Source: Caulobacteraceae bacterium
Lineage (GTDB): Bacteria > Pseudomonadota > Alphaproteobacteria > Caulobacterales > Caulobacteraceae
Direction: 5' to 3'
NCBI GenBank assembly: GCA_035493215.1
Contig: DATJIO010000007.1
Coordinates: 15,578 to 79,577, forward strand
DNA: 64,000 nucleotides
In this document: piece by piece, positions 51,560 to 60,955 of the stretch
How the letters are laid out: the number at the start of each line of letters is the position of its first letter
Numbering within the stretch: the stretch's first letter is position 1
The notes under the pieces: generated by a model
Seen by the model: the letters and a program-made list of their open reading frames with translations, nothing else
Database searches by the model: none
What the model was told of the DNA's origin: nothing
Made by a program: the position numbers and the translations under genes

Positions 51560-52116
51560 TGGGCGCCGAATTCCAGCCTCAGGTGCAGGGCTCGGGGACT
51601 TGGTACGTCCAGGCCGGCGGCAAGGTCTGGGGGCCCTATCCCGAGGCGCGGATCGGGGCCTTCGTGGCCGAAGGCCGAGTGGCGCCGGAGACCCTGATGG
51701 CGCCGCAGGCAGAGGGACCGTTCCGTCCGGCCGCGCGCCAGGCCCGGCTGCACCGGCTGTTCGGCGACGTGGAGCTGGCCGGACCCGACGGGCCGGCCCG
51801 GCCGCAGGCGCCGGAGGCGGCGTCCACCCTGCCGGTGCGCCCTCTGCTGGTCTGGGCGGCGCTGAAGAGCCAGCGGCCGGATCGGTTCGAGGCGCTGCTC
51901 GGGGCCTACGGGCCCTATGTGCGCGTCGGTCCGGGGCTGTGGCTGGTGCGCGCCCGCGTCGGCCCTGCCGGCCTGCGCAACGCCATGACCCGGCGCCTGG
52001 ACGGCGGAGACGCCCTGATGGTGCTGGACGCGCCCCTGGACCAGGCCGCCTGGTTCAACCTCGACGGCGCGGTGGACCGCACCCTGCGCCAGCTGTGGGC
52101 GACGGCCGAAGGCTAG
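51556..52116 (+). CDS. GYF_2-domain hypothetical protein
   Basis: 186-aa ORF whose start overlaps the cinA-like stop (GTGATG). The N-terminus [35 protein letters not shown] is GYF_2-like. Confidence 0.55.
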   Translation: MMGAEFQPQVQGSGTWYVQAGGKVWGPYPEARIGAFVAEGRVAPETLMAPQAEGPFRPAARQARLHRLFGDVELAGPDGPARPQAPEAASTLPVRPLLVWAALKSQRPDRFEALLGAYGPYVRVGPGLWLVRARVGPAGLRNAMTRRLDGGDALMVLDAPLDQAAWFNLDGAVDRTLRQLWATAEG

Positions 52117-52154
52117 GTTCTGGCGGCTGTGGCGGATGGTCGCGTGGATCGCCC

Positions 52155-52183
52155 CCGGGCCGGGCCTGTGCCCGGCCGGTTTG
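52155..52183 (+). terminator. Hairpin after the GYF-domain gene
   Basis: GCCGGGC-CTGT-GCCCGGC is a 7-bp stem, extendable with a bulge, followed by a weak T-tract (GGTTTGCT). Confidence 0.4.
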
Positions 52184-52284
52184 CTGCTGATCTTCCGGGC
52201 GGTTTTCGGTTTCTTGCCTGATACGGTCGCAAAACTGTCTTTTGTTCGTCGTGAACTTTAGGCGCAAGACCATCGCCGACCCGC

Positions 52285-52311
52285 TTAACGGTTCGGAAAC
52301 CACGCTACACT
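52285..52311 (+). promoter_or_regulatory. Candidate housekeeping-sigma promoter (Caulobacter-type)
   Basis: TTAACG-N13-GCTACACT compared with the Caulobacter sigma-73 consensus TTGACGS-N10-14-GCTANAWC as I recall it. Confidence 0.35.
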
Positions 52312-52317
52312 GAAACT

Positions 52318-52489
52318 GTTCAGGCGATTCGGGGGCATGGCGCCGCTCGGGTCGCGCTTCGATGGAGTTCGGGGTTGAGGCGTAGGTCGCCCCCAGATCG
52401 GTTCGCAAGCTCTCCGCCCGGACGGCGGCTCTCGACATCGACTCCATCCATTCCAAGGGCGCGGCCAGATGGCCTCGCCCTTTTTTCTT
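52318..52489 (+). ncRNA. Candidate about 170-nt sRNA or terminator-containing phoH leader
   Basis: Bounded by the promoter candidate and a strong intrinsic terminator. It has no plausible ORF in the sense direction. An internal long-range pair exists: CGGGGGC with GCCCCCAG. Confidence 0.3.
52457..52489 (+). terminator. Strong intrinsic terminator 30 nt upstream of the phoH start
   Basis: GGGCGCGGCC-AGAT-GGCCTCGCCC (9 of 10 pairs) followed by TTTTTTCTT. Confidence 0.65.
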
Positions 52490-52519
52490 GTCCTCTTTTC
52501 CAGTCCATTGGAGGCTCCC

Positions 52520-53293
52520 ATGACCAAGCGTGCCCTGAAGCGTCTGGTGCGTGAAGGCGAGTTCGACGCGACCCAGTTCTCCGACGAAGCCAAGATCCGG
52601 CGGCTTCCGGTGGAACGGGGCTGGTCGCCGCTGCGCCAGGGGATTCACGGGGTCGACGATCGGGAGCAGGGCTATCTCAAGACGATAAAACCCAAATCGC
52701 CGGGGCAGGAGGCGCTGCTCAAGGCGATGGGCGAGAAGAACCTGGTCCTGGCCCTGGGCCCGGCCGGCACCGGCAAGACCTATCTGGCCATCGCCAAGGC
52801 CGTGGAGGAGCTGGAGGCTGGAAACGTCGGCCGCATCGTGCTGTCGCGCCCCGCCGTCGAGGCCGGGGAATCGATCGGCTTCCTGCCCGGCGAGATGGAG
52901 GACAAGCTCGCGCCCTACCTGCGGCCGCTCTACGACGCCCTGTCGGACCGGCTGTCGATGAAGCGGGTGCGGGCCCTGATGGCCGAGGGCGCCATCGAGA
53001 TCGCCCCGGTGGGCTTCATGCGCGGGCGCACCCTGAACAACGCCTTCGTGGTGATCGACGAGGCGCAGAACTGCACCTACGGCCAGATGAAGATGATGCT
53101 GACGCGGCTGGGCTGGCACTCGACCATGGTGGTGACCGGCGACCCCAACCAGTCCGACCTCTTGCCGGGGATCTCCGGCCTGGCCGACGTGGCCGACCGG
53201 CTGGAAACCCTGGCCGACGTGGCGGTGGTGCGGCTGGCCGACGTGGACATCGTCCGCCACCCGCTGGTCGCCTGCATGTTGAGCGTGCTGTAG
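52520..53293 (+). CDS. phoH: PhoH-family ATPase
   Basis: ATG 52520 follows GGAGG. It has Walker A GPAGTGKTYLA, then LSRPAVEAGESIGFLPG and VIDEAQN. Confidence 0.9.
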   Translation: MTKRALKRLVREGEFDATQFSDEAKIRRLPVERGWSPLRQGIHGVDDREQGYLKTIKPKSPGQEALLKAMGEKNLVLALGPAGTGKTYLAIAKAVEELEAGNVGRIVLSRPAVEAGESIGFLPGEMEDKLAPYLRPLYDALSDRLSMKRVRALMAEGAIEIAPVGFMRGRTLNNAFVVIDEAQNCTYGQMKMMLTRLGWHSTMVVTGDPNQSDLLPGISGLADVADRLETLADVAVVRLADVDIVRHPLVACMLSVL

Positions 53294-53300
53294 CCGACGG

Positions 53301-53328
53301 CCCCCTCTCCCCGGCCGGGAAGAGGGGG
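53301..53328 (+). terminator. GC-rich hairpin after phoH
   Basis: CCCCCTCT-C-CCCGG/CCGGG-A-AGAGGGGG is a near-perfect palindrome starting 8 nt after the stop. There is no T-tract. Confidence 0.4.
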
Positions 53329-53402
53329 CGCGGTTCCCATCTCCGTTCACGACTGGTACAGGGCTCGCCGCGCGGACTGGCGAGTTCCGGTCGGCGAAAG
53401 GG

Positions 53403-53948
53403 ATGGACATGAGGCTGAAACCGCTCGCCTTCGGGCCCCTGGCCGCGCTCGCGCTGTTCGCCGTCCCGGCCCTGGCGGCCGACGCCGCCCCCGGAGAGGT
53501 CGCGCGGGCCTACGACTCCGAGTACCGCACCGACACCGCGACCCTCCAACTCGCCGCGTCGGGCGAGGAGGGAAACGAGCTCGAGTACCACGTGCGGATG
53601 AAGGCCGGCTCCACCCTGGTCTACGCCTGGAGCGTCACGGACGTCCCCGCCGAGCTGTTCTACACCGACTTCCACGGCGAGGCCGACGCCCGGCCGCCGG
53701 CGCCCGAGGTCTCCTACAGGGAGGGGTTGGGCACGGCCGCGCAAGGGTCGCTGGTCGCCCCGTTCGACGGCCTCCACGGCTGGCTGTTCAAGAACGATTC
53801 GCTGAAGCCCGTGACGGTCAAGCTGACGGTGGCGGGGTTCTACGACCAGCTGTCCCTGCGCGAGGCCATGGGGATCGCCGGCCCGGAATACCTGCCGTTC
53901 GGCCCCGCCGACTGGCCCGACCGCTATGGGCCGGTGCAGAAGAGGTAA
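53403..53948 (+). CDS. Secreted hypothetical protein
   Basis: 181-aa ORF with a signal peptide (LKPLAFGPLAALALFAVPALA) and a beta-rich body. Confidence 0.55.
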   Translation: MDMRLKPLAFGPLAALALFAVPALAADAAPGEVARAYDSEYRTDTATLQLAASGEEGNELEYHVRMKAGSTLVYAWSVTDVPAELFYTDFHGEADARPPAPEVSYREGLGTAAQGSLVAPFDGLHGWLFKNDSLKPVTVKLTVAGFYDQLSLREAMGIAGPEYLPFGPADWPDRYGPVQKR

Positions 53949-53969
53949 GGGCCTCCAGCAGAACGAGGG

Positions 53970-54182
53970 CTAGTCCAGGTCTTCGCCCAGGATGGCCATC
54001 TCGAACATGAAGGAGCCGTCCTCGTCCTCGTCCTGGTAGACGACGCCGACGAACTCCTCGCCGATGTAGACCTCGGACGAATCCTTCTGCTTGGGGCGCG
54101 CCTTGAGCACGATCTCTGCGTTGCCGAAGGTCCGCCGCAGGTGGCCTTCGATGCGCTTGATGTCCTTCTCGTTCACGTCCAC
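53970..54182 (-). CDS. DUF3126-family small protein
   Basis: 70-aa ORF reading ...IKRIEGHLRRTFGNAEIVLKARPKQKDSSEVYIGEEFVGVVYQDEDEDGSFMFEMAIL. As in other alphaproteobacteria, it sits next to cysE. Confidence 0.75.
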   Translation of the reverse strand: MDVNEKDIKRIEGHLRRTFGNAEIVLKARPKQKDSSEVYIGEEFVGVVYQDEDEDGSFMFEMAILGEDLD

Positions 54183-54238
54183 GCCCTTGCAACCACTGTT
54201 GGGGGGACCCTAGGCGGGTTCGCCGCCGAGGAAAACCC

Positions 54239-55069
54239 TCAGATCACGTAGTCGTAGATCGCGTCGGCCAGGGTGTGGTCCATGCTGCGGGCGGGCTCGG
54301 GGCAGGTGGGGCAGTTGACCAGCCGGGCGGGCACGCCCGCGGCGGTGCAGTTGGCGGGGACGGGCTTGAGCACCACCGATCCCGACGCGATCTTGGCGTA
54401 CTCGCCGATCTCGATATTGCCGAGCACTTTGGCGCCGGCGCCCAGCAGCACGCCGCGGCCGATCTTGGGGTGGCGGTCGCCGCGCTCGGCCCCGGTGCCG
54501 CCCAGGGTCACCCCGTGCAGCATCGACACGTCGTCGGCGACCACGGCGGTCTCGCCGATGACGATGCCGGTGCCGTGGTCGAGGAACAGGCCCGAACCCA
54601 GGCGGGCGGCGGGGTGGATATCGACCTGGAACAGCTCCGAGGCGCGGCTCTGCAGGTACAGGGCCAGGGTCTCGCGGCCGGCCTTCCACAGGACGTGGGC
54701 GACCCGGTGGGTCTGGACCGCCAGATAGCCCTTGAAGAACAGGAACGGCTGCAGGTAGCCCTTGCAGGCCGGGTCGCGCTCGAACACCGCCCGCAGGTCG
54801 GCCTCGGCGGCGGCGACGATCTTCGGGTCGGCGTGGTAGGCGTCCTCGCAGATCTCGCGCACGCTCATGGCGCGCAGCTCCTGGTCCCCGAGCTTGCGGG
54901 CCATCTGGTAGGACAGGGCCGCGGCCAGGCCGTCGTGCTTGAGCACCACCGCATTGAGCAGCGAAGCCAGGTCGGGCTCGACCTGGGCGGCGTGGGCCGC
55001 CTCGTTTCGCAGGGCGGCCCATACCGGAGGGGCCGATTGGGGGGAGACGACTTCCAGGTGCTTAGCCAT
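54239..55069 (-). CDS. cysE: Serine O-acetyltransferase
   Basis: 276-aa ORF with an N-terminal SATase helical domain and hexapeptide repeats (GTGIVIGETAVV...GVTLGGTG...HPKIG). Confidence 0.93.
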   Translation of the reverse strand: MAKHLEVVSPQSAPPVWAALRNEAAHAAQVEPDLASLLNAVVLKHDGLAAALSYQMARKLGDQELRAMSVREICEDAYHADPKIVAAAEADLRAVFERDPACKGYLQPFLFFKGYLAVQTHRVAHVLWKAGRETLALYLQSRASELFQVDIHPAARLGSGLFLDHGTGIVIGETAVVADDVSMLHGVTLGGTGAERGDRHPKIGRGVLLGAGAKVLGNIEIGEYAKIASGSVVLKPVPANCTAAGVPARLVNCPTCPEPARSMDHTLADAIYDYVI

Positions 55070-55703
55070 GCACTTCTCCTGGGCGAACGCGCGACCCTAG
55101 CACAGCGCGGGTCATGGCGTCCGAAAGTTCGCCCTCACAGGCCATATGGTGGACGCGCAACAGCATCGCCACCGTAATCGCATCCTGTATCCATCCGCTT
55201 ACCGCCGCATTGAGGGCCTCGCCGAACGGCACGCGCACCACGGTAAGGGCTTCGGTGGCGTCGGGTTCCTCCGACGCGGGGCTCAGGCCGGTGGCGAGGT
55301 AGCCCAGGCACAGCTCGTCGGAAGTGGAGTTCGACAGCTGCATCGTCAGGATGTGGCGCCAGTCGGCGGCCTGCAAGGACGCCTCCTCGCGCAGCTCGCG
55401 GCGGGCGCTGTCCAGGGGCGGTTCGGCCGTGGGCGCGCCGCCTTCGGGGATTTCCCAGCTGTAGGCGGCGAAGGGGAAACGCCACTGGCCGACCAGTGTG
55501 ACCGTGCCGTCTTCGTGCAGGGGGAGCATGCCCACGGCCAGGTTCTTGTAGCTCTGCAGATAGTAGTCGGCCGGGGCGCCGGTCGGGGCGATCGCCTTGT
55601 AGTGGTCCACGGCGAACCACGGGTTGTCGTGCACGGGCCGGCTGCCCGTCACGCGCCAGCCCTCGCCGTGGGGCTTCAGCCAATCGGGCCGGTCCTCGTC
55701 CAT
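55062..55703 (-). CDS. NUDIX hydrolase (ADP-ribose pyrophosphatase-like)
   Basis: Trimmed to ATG 55703. The Nudix box is GGAPTAEPPLDSARRELREEASL. Confidence 0.85.
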   Translation of the reverse strand: MDEDRPDWLKPHGEGWRVTGSRPVHDNPWFAVDHYKAIAPTGAPADYYLQSYKNLAVGMLPLHEDGTVTLVGQWRFPFAAYSWEIPEGGAPTAEPPLDSARRELREEASLQAADWRHILTMQLSNSTSDELCLGYLATGLSPASEEPDATEALTVVRVPFGEALNAAVSGWIQDAITVAMLLRVHHMACEGELSDAMTRAVLGSRVRPGEVHG

Positions 55704-55787
55704 CGTCGTCCGTCCGCCGTTGCGCGGCCGCCTCATAGCCGATAGCGGGAGGTGCGCCTAAGGGCTTTGTCGATCGGAGCACGACGA

Positions 55788-56405
55788 ATGACCGTCCCCC
55801 CCGCCCCGGAGTTCGGCGCGCCGTGTCCGGTCACGCCGTCGGACGAGACCCTGGCGCTCCTGGCCACGCGGCGCTCGGCCTCGGCCATGGCCCTCACCGC
55901 CCCGGCGCCCGACGAGGCGCAGCTTCGCGCCCTGCTGCGGCTGGCGACGCGGGTCCCCGACCACGGCAAGTTGGCGCCGTGGCGGTTCGTGGTCCTGGAG
56001 GGGCCGGCCAAGGCCGAGTTCGTGCGCCGCCTGCACCTCCTGACCGACGCCCAGGAAAATCCCGACAAGGCCAGGGCCATGCTGGGCAAGATCGCCCTGC
56101 CGCCCCTGACCTTGGCGGTGGTCTCCAGCCCGAAGACGGCGACGATCCCCGAGTGGGAGCAGCAACTGTCGGCCGGGGCGGTGTGCATGGCCCTCCTGGT
56201 CGCCGCCCAGGCCATGGGCTTCGCCGCCAACTGGATCACCGACTGGTACGCCGTCGATCCCCGGGCCCTGGCGCTGCTGGGCGTGAAGCCCCACGAGCGG
56301 GTCGCCGGCTTCGTCCATCTCGGGACCCTGGCGGAGCCTCCGCTGGAACGGGTGCGGCCCGAGCTGGCCGAGATCGTGGAGCGGTGGGTTCCCGTAGCCC
56401 GCTGA
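55788..56405 (+). CDS. Nitroreductase-family protein
   Basis: ATG 55788. The sequence ...LLATRRSASAMAL...VPDHGKLAPWRF... is nitroreductase-like. Confidence 0.85.
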   Translation: MTVPPAPEFGAPCPVTPSDETLALLATRRSASAMALTAPAPDEAQLRALLRLATRVPDHGKLAPWRFVVLEGPAKAEFVRRLHLLTDAQENPDKARAMLGKIALPPLTLAVVSSPKTATIPEWEQQLSAGAVCMALLVAAQAMGFAANWITDWYAVDPRALALLGVKPHERVAGFVHLGTLAEPPLERVRPELAEIVERWVPVAR

Positions 56406-56445
56406 GGGGTTCTCCCTCACATCGAGGGGAGGGAAGGGGTTCTAG

Positions 56446-56904
56446 CTAGCGTCCCCGGTACGCGGGCACGCCCTGGTCGGGGAGCCACAGGCCCTCGGGC
56501 GCTGGGCCTGTCTGGTAGAAGACGTCGATCGGCATTCCGCCGCGCGGGTACCAATAGCCGCCGATCCGCAGCCACGCGGGCTCGATCGTGTCGACGATCC
56601 GCCGCGCCACGGCGATGGTGCAGTCCTCGTGGAAGGCGCCGTGGTTGCGGAACGAGGCCAGGTAGAGCTTCAGCGACTTGGATTCGACGAGCCACTCGCC
56701 GGGGGCGTAGTCGATCACCAGGTGGGCGAAGTCCGGCTGGCCGGTGACCGGGCACAGGGAGGTGAACTCCGGCGCGGCGAAGCGGGCCAGGTACAGCACG
56801 CCCTTCTGCGGATTGGGTACGCGCTCCAGCACCGCGGCGTCCGGATTGTCCGGGATGCGGCTGGCGTGGCCGAGCTGGGTCAGGGGGGAGGGGTCGACGC
56901 TCAT
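56446..56904 (-). CDS. queF: NADPH-dependent 7-cyano-7-deazaguanine reductase
   Basis: 152-aa ORF with [15 protein letters not shown] and [10 protein letters not shown], the QueF type I motifs. Confidence 0.93.
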   Translation of the reverse strand: MSVDPSPLTQLGHASRIPDNPDAAVLERVPNPQKGVLYLARFAAPEFTSLCPVTGQPDFAHLVIDYAPGEWLVESKSLKLYLASFRNHGAFHEDCTIAVARRIVDTIEPAWLRIGGYWYPRGGMPIDVFYQTGPAPEGLWLPDQGVPAYRGR

Positions 56905-56945
56905 CGGCTAGCAGGTAAAGCCGCGAGGACGCCGGCGCAATGCGC

Positions 56946-57782
56946 CTATCGGAACAGCTGCAGCAGGTAGCTGGTCGTCTGGTTGGCGATGGCCATGGCC
57001 TTGATGGCCAACTGCTGCTTGACCTGGAGCGCCTGCAGCTTGGCGCTTTCCTTGGCGATGTCGGCGTCCACCAGGTTGCCGACCCCGGCGGCCATAGTGT
57101 CCTGCAGCTTGCCGATGAAGTTGAGGTGGGTGTCGAAGGCCTTGGAGCCGGTGCCCAGCCGCGCCACCGCGGAATTGACGTTGGTGATCGAGGTGGTCAG
57201 GGCGGCCACCAGGGCCGAGGCCGTGGCCGCGGTGTTGAACGAAGCGGTCGCGCCGATGGTGATCGCCGATCCCGCCGCGCCCAGGCCCATGATCTGCGCC
57301 CCCACGGTCAGTTTCGACCCGCCCGAGGCGTCGGCCAGGGCGTAGAGGGCGCCGGCCGCCGTCTTCAGTAGGTTGGCGCCGTTGAAGGTGGCGCCTGCGA
57401 TGGTCTTGGCGATCTGGTTGCGCAGGGCCACGAAGTCGTTGTTCATCGCCGTGCGGGCGTTGGTGTCCAGCGAGGCGTCCGCCCCGGCCAGCGCCTTGGC
57501 CTTCATCTGGTTGAGCAGGTCGGAGATGGTCTCCCCTGCGGAAATGGCGACGTCGAGGGTGGACTGCCCGCGCTGGATCGAGTCCTTGACCGAATCCAGG
57601 GCCATGATGTCGCCGCGCTGGTTCTGGGCGATGGCCCAGATGGCGGGATTGTCCTTGGCGCTGGAAACCTTGAGGCCGGTGGAGATCCGCTGCTGGGTGG
57701 TCGCCAGCTCGGTATTGATGGCGTTGAGGTTCTGCAGGGCGACCATCGCCCCGTAGTTGGTGTTGATGCTGTTCAACGCCAT
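56946..57782 (-). CDS. Flagellin
   Basis: Trimmed to ATG 57782 (MALNSINTNYGAMVALQNLN...). The conserved C-terminus reads ...LQALQVKQQLAIKAMAIANQTTSYLLQLFR. At 278 aa it matches the short Caulobacter-type flagellins. Confidence 0.92.
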   Translation of the reverse strand: MALNSINTNYGAMVALQNLNAINTELATTQQRISTGLKVSSAKDNPAIWAIAQNQRGDIMALDSVKDSIQRGQSTLDVAISAGETISDLLNQMKAKALAGADASLDTNARTAMNNDFVALRNQIAKTIAGATFNGANLLKTAAGALYALADASGGSKLTVGAQIMGLGAAGSAITIGATASFNTAATASALVAALTTSITNVNSAVARLGTGSKAFDTHLNFIGKLQDTMAAGVGNLVDADIAKESAKLQALQVKQQLAIKAMAIANQTTSYLLQLFR

Positions 57783-57958
57783 GGCGCGCCGGCCCCGTTC
57801 GAGGGTTCCGGCGCGGACGCCGGCAGGCGTTTTGCCTGGAGAGCCGAGGCTCCCGCCCGCACCTCGCCCGAACAGGGTGAAGAAACCCCGAACCAATAGG
57901 GTTAACGCCGCGCCGCCTTGATGTACCGTCGGGAAAAATCAGGTGGGAGGACGACGAC

Positions 57959-58984
57959 ATGGCGCGATCCGGCGAGGGTCCTTCGGGCACGCGGCGGGCG
58001 GTCCTGGCCGGCGCGGCGGGCGCGGCCGCGGCGGCGGGCTCGCCTCTGGCCGCGGCGCCCCGGTCGGCGGCGGGGTTCTGGCGCGGCGAGTACTCGGCCG
58101 CCAAGCGCCGCGGCGACCAGGCCATCGAGCTGGCGGTCTACCGCAAACGGCTGGAGCCGCCGGGCCGGGGCGCGCCGGCGCGGCCGGTGCTGTTCCTGGT
58201 GCACGGTTCCTCGACCTCGGCCCTGTCGAGCTTCGACCTGCCGCTGGCCGGCGGGGCCTATTCGTCGATGAACGCCTTCGCCAAGGCCGGTTTCGACGTC
58301 TGGACCATGGACCACGAAGGCTACGGCCGCTCGTCGCGCACCAGCGCCAACTCCGACGTCGCCAGCGGGGCGGAGGACCTGAAGGCCGCCGCCGAGGTGG
58401 TCCTGCGCGAGACGGGCCAGCGCCGCGTCAGCTTCCTGGGCGAATCGTCCGGGGCGTTGCGGGCGGGGGTGTTTGCGATGAAGCACCCCGACCGCATCGA
58501 CCGGCTGGGGCTGGGCGCCTTCACCTATACCGGCAAGGGCTCGCCGACCCTGACCGAGCGGGCCAAGCAGCTCGACTTCTACCGCGCCAACAACCGGCGG
58601 CCGCGGGACCGCGCCATGATCCTCTCGATCTTCACCCGCGACCGGCCGGGCACGACGGACGCGATCGTCGGCCCCGCCCTGGCCGACGCCGAGCTGCCCT
58701 TCGGCGACAGCGTGCCCACCGGCACCTACCTCGACATGACCACCAACCTGCCGGTGGTCGATCCGCTCAGGGTGACGTGCCCGGTGCTGCTGGTGCGCGG
58801 CGAATACGACGGCATCGCCACCGACGCCGACCTGCTGGATTTCTACGGAAAGCTGCCGCACGGGGACAAGCAGTTCGCCGTCATCCCCGGCGCAGCCCAT
58901 TCCCTGGCCACCTGCAAGAACCGGGCGCTGTTCGAGCACACGGTGGCGGCCTTCATGACCATGCCCAAGCCGGTCCCGGTGTGA
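57959..58984 (+). CDS. Alpha/beta hydrolase with Tat-like signal
   Basis: 341-aa ORF with an RR-type signal (GTRRAVLAGAAGAAAAAG), the nucleophile elbow GESSG and a late His (GAAHS). Confidence 0.8.
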   Translation: MARSGEGPSGTRRAVLAGAAGAAAAAGSPLAAAPRSAAGFWRGEYSAAKRRGDQAIELAVYRKRLEPPGRGAPARPVLFLVHGSSTSALSSFDLPLAGGAYSSMNAFAKAGFDVWTMDHEGYGRSSRTSANSDVASGAEDLKAAAEVVLRETGQRRVSFLGESSGALRAGVFAMKHPDRIDRLGLGAFTYTGKGSPTLTERAKQLDFYRANNRRPRDRAMILSIFTRDRPGTTDAIVGPALADAELPFGDSVPTGTYLDMTTNLPVVDPLRVTCPVLLVRGEYDGIATDADLLDFYGKLPHGDKQFAVIPGAAHSLATCKNRALFEHTVAAFMTMPKPVPV

Positions 58985-58995
58985 GCTGGCCCGTC

Positions 58996-59033
58996 CGTCC
59001 GCTCATCCCCGCCGACGCGGGAATGAGCGGACG
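58996..59033. repeat. REP-like palindromic element between convergent genes
   Basis: CGTCCGCTCAT (58996-59006) pairs perfectly with ATGAGCGGACG (59023-59033). An inner CCCGC/GCGGG stem is also present. It resembles the widespread TCATTCCCGC...GCGGGAATGA-type palindromes of high-GC proteobacteria. Confidence 0.5.
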
Positions 59034-59041
59034 TCTTGGGA

Positions 59042-60799
59042 TCAGGCCCGCTTCACCGTCGCCCCCACGGCCTCGTGGCCGGCGATGAAGCCCTGGCAGG
59101 TCGCCCGCGCCAGGCCGTGCTGGCTGAAGCCGCCGGCCGTCTCGCCGCCGCAGTAGAGGCCGGGGATGACCTTGCCGCCCATGTCCACCACCTGGCAGCG
59201 GCCGTTGATGCGCAGGCCCGCGCGGGTGTCGTGCACCACCGGGGTGGCCCAGGCGGCGTAGAACGGCCCCCTGGCGATCTTGTACTTCGGCGCGGCCTTG
59301 TCGAAGTCCGTGTCCTTGCCGGCGTCGACGAAGCCGTTGTAGCGGGCCACCGTCCGTTCCAGGGCCGCCGGCGGCATCGGCACGCGCTGGTGCTTCATGA
59401 CGATCTTGCTGGCCAGTTCGCCTATGGTCGGGGCGCTGAAGAAGAAGCCTTCGGCGTAGTCCACGTACGGCGGTTCGCAGGTCCACTTCTCCCGCGCCGC
59501 GCCGTCGGCGTCGAAGATGGCCCAGATCGGGCCGCCGCCGTTGTGGCCGTCGCCGATCCCGGCCAAGGCCGCATTGAGGAAGTTGTTGGGTTTGTAGGGT
59601 TTCTCGTTGGCGTTGCGCCAGCTGTTCTGGACGTAGTTCTTCTGCGAATCGGAATTGTTGGCGGCGAACTGCGGCCCGGCCTCGTCGTAGAAGCGGTTGC
59701 CGATCATGTTGACCATGATCAGGTTCTGCCAGTCCGCCACCCTCAGGCCCGAGGCGCGGGCCCTGTCGAAGACCGGGCTGCCGGGTTCCCAGGTCGTGTT
59801 GGTGTAGCCGTACTGGCAGCCGATCCGGCCGGCCTTGGTGATGGTCCAGCCGAATTCGCCGGTGTGGTTGGCCAGGCCCCACAGGGCCGCGCCCACGGCC
59901 ATGCCGGCCAGCTCGCCGCTGGCGTCCTGGTTCGACCAGGGCATCCCGGCCAGGCCGCAATATTCCTCGGTCAGCCGCGGGTCGAACATGCGGCGGAACT
60001 CGACGTTGCCGGTCGATCCCCCCGTCGCCACGATCACCGCCTTGCGGGCGCCGATGTCGAGGTGGACGCCCTTGTTGGTCGCCGCCACCCCGGTCACCCG
60101 CCCGCCGCCGGGGCGGTGCAGGGCGGTCATCCGGTGCTCGAGCAGGATCTGCACCCCGGCCTTGCGGGCCGCCGCGATCAGGGGCTGCATCAGCCCGTTG
60201 CCGCTGGACGTGGTCAGGCGCTGGGCCGGCGGGGCCGGCGCGCCGGTCTGGATCAGGGGCCAGTCCACCGGCGCGCAGTGCATCTCGCGCGGGATCGAGG
60301 CGCCCACCGACAGGCCGCCAAGGTTGTCGGGGGCCTTGTCGACGAACACCACCCCGTGGGCGAGGAGGAACTCGAAGGTCGGCGCGCTGTGGTCGGCGAA
60401 GGCGCGGATGATCTCGTGGTCGTTGTAGCGGTAGTTGGCCGCGCCGTTGCTCTCGACCACCGACCAGTCGGTGAGGTCGCGGAACAGCAGGTCGGGGCTG
60501 TCGACGATGCCGTACTTCTTCTGGATGCTGGTGCCGCCGCCGTGGGGGACGTTGCCGCCGCTGCACATGGCGTGGCCGCCGGCGTGGGGCTCGGCCTCCA
60601 GCACGATCACCGAGGCCCCGGCCTCGCGGGCGACGATGGCGGCGGTGATGCCCGCGGCCCCGGCGCCGACGATCACCACGTCGGCCTCGTGGGCGAAGCG
60701 CAGGGGCGTGGCGGCGTCGGCCGTTTCAGGCGAAACAACCGCGGCGGCGGCGGCGGCCGCGCCGCTGGTGCGGAGCAGGTCGCGTCGGTTCAGACTCAT
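59042..60799 (-). CDS. FAD-dependent oxidoreductase (fumarate reductase / KstD-like flavoprotein) with Tat signal
   Basis: 585-aa ORF with the signal MSLNRRDLLRTSGAAAAAAAVV and the dinucleotide fold DVVIVGAGAAGITAAI. Confidence 0.85.
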   Translation of the reverse strand: MSLNRRDLLRTSGAAAAAAAVVSPETADAATPLRFAHEADVVIVGAGAAGITAAIVAREAGASVIVLEAEPHAGGHAMCSGGNVPHGGGTSIQKKYGIVDSPDLLFRDLTDWSVVESNGAANYRYNDHEIIRAFADHSAPTFEFLLAHGVVFVDKAPDNLGGLSVGASIPREMHCAPVDWPLIQTGAPAPPAQRLTTSSGNGLMQPLIAAARKAGVQILLEHRMTALHRPGGGRVTGVAATNKGVHLDIGARKAVIVATGGSTGNVEFRRMFDPRLTEEYCGLAGMPWSNQDASGELAGMAVGAALWGLANHTGEFGWTITKAGRIGCQYGYTNTTWEPGSPVFDRARASGLRVADWQNLIMVNMIGNRFYDEAGPQFAANNSDSQKNYVQNSWRNANEKPYKPNNFLNAALAGIGDGHNGGGPIWAIFDADGAAREKWTCEPPYVDYAEGFFFSAPTIGELASKIVMKHQRVPMPPAALERTVARYNGFVDAGKDTDFDKAAPKYKIARGPFYAAWATPVVHDTRAGLRINGRCQVVDMGGKVIPGLYCGGETAGGFSQHGLARATCQGFIAGHEAVGATVKRA

Positions 60800-60955
60800 G
60801 GTGTTTTCTCCCCCAAGGCTTTGGACGGAGCTTTGCAGCCTCCGGGCCGGGCCGTCCAGAGGCGCCGCCCGTTTGGACTGGAGGTCCGCCGGGGCTAGAA
60901 AAGGGTGGCGGCCATTTTGCCTGTGCCGGCGCCCGCAACGGAACAGGGAGGCTCA

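Noticed and set aside
52200-52490. Region upstream of phoH as tmRNA, 6S RNA, SRP RNA or RNase P RNA
   Set aside because: None of the conserved motifs I remember are present (RNase P GAGGAAAGTCC, the SRP GGAA-containing helix 8 motif, a tmRNA tag ORF ending in AA, T-arm). I retained it only as an unclassified sRNA or leader candidate.
57824-57838. CAGGC-N5-GCCTG stem-loop in the flagellin 5' leader as a FlbT-type regulatory hairpin. I also searched 57783-57958 for a sigma-54 promoter.
   Set aside because: A 5-bp stem is expected by chance many times in 64 kb. I found no convincing TGGCAC-N5-TTGC.
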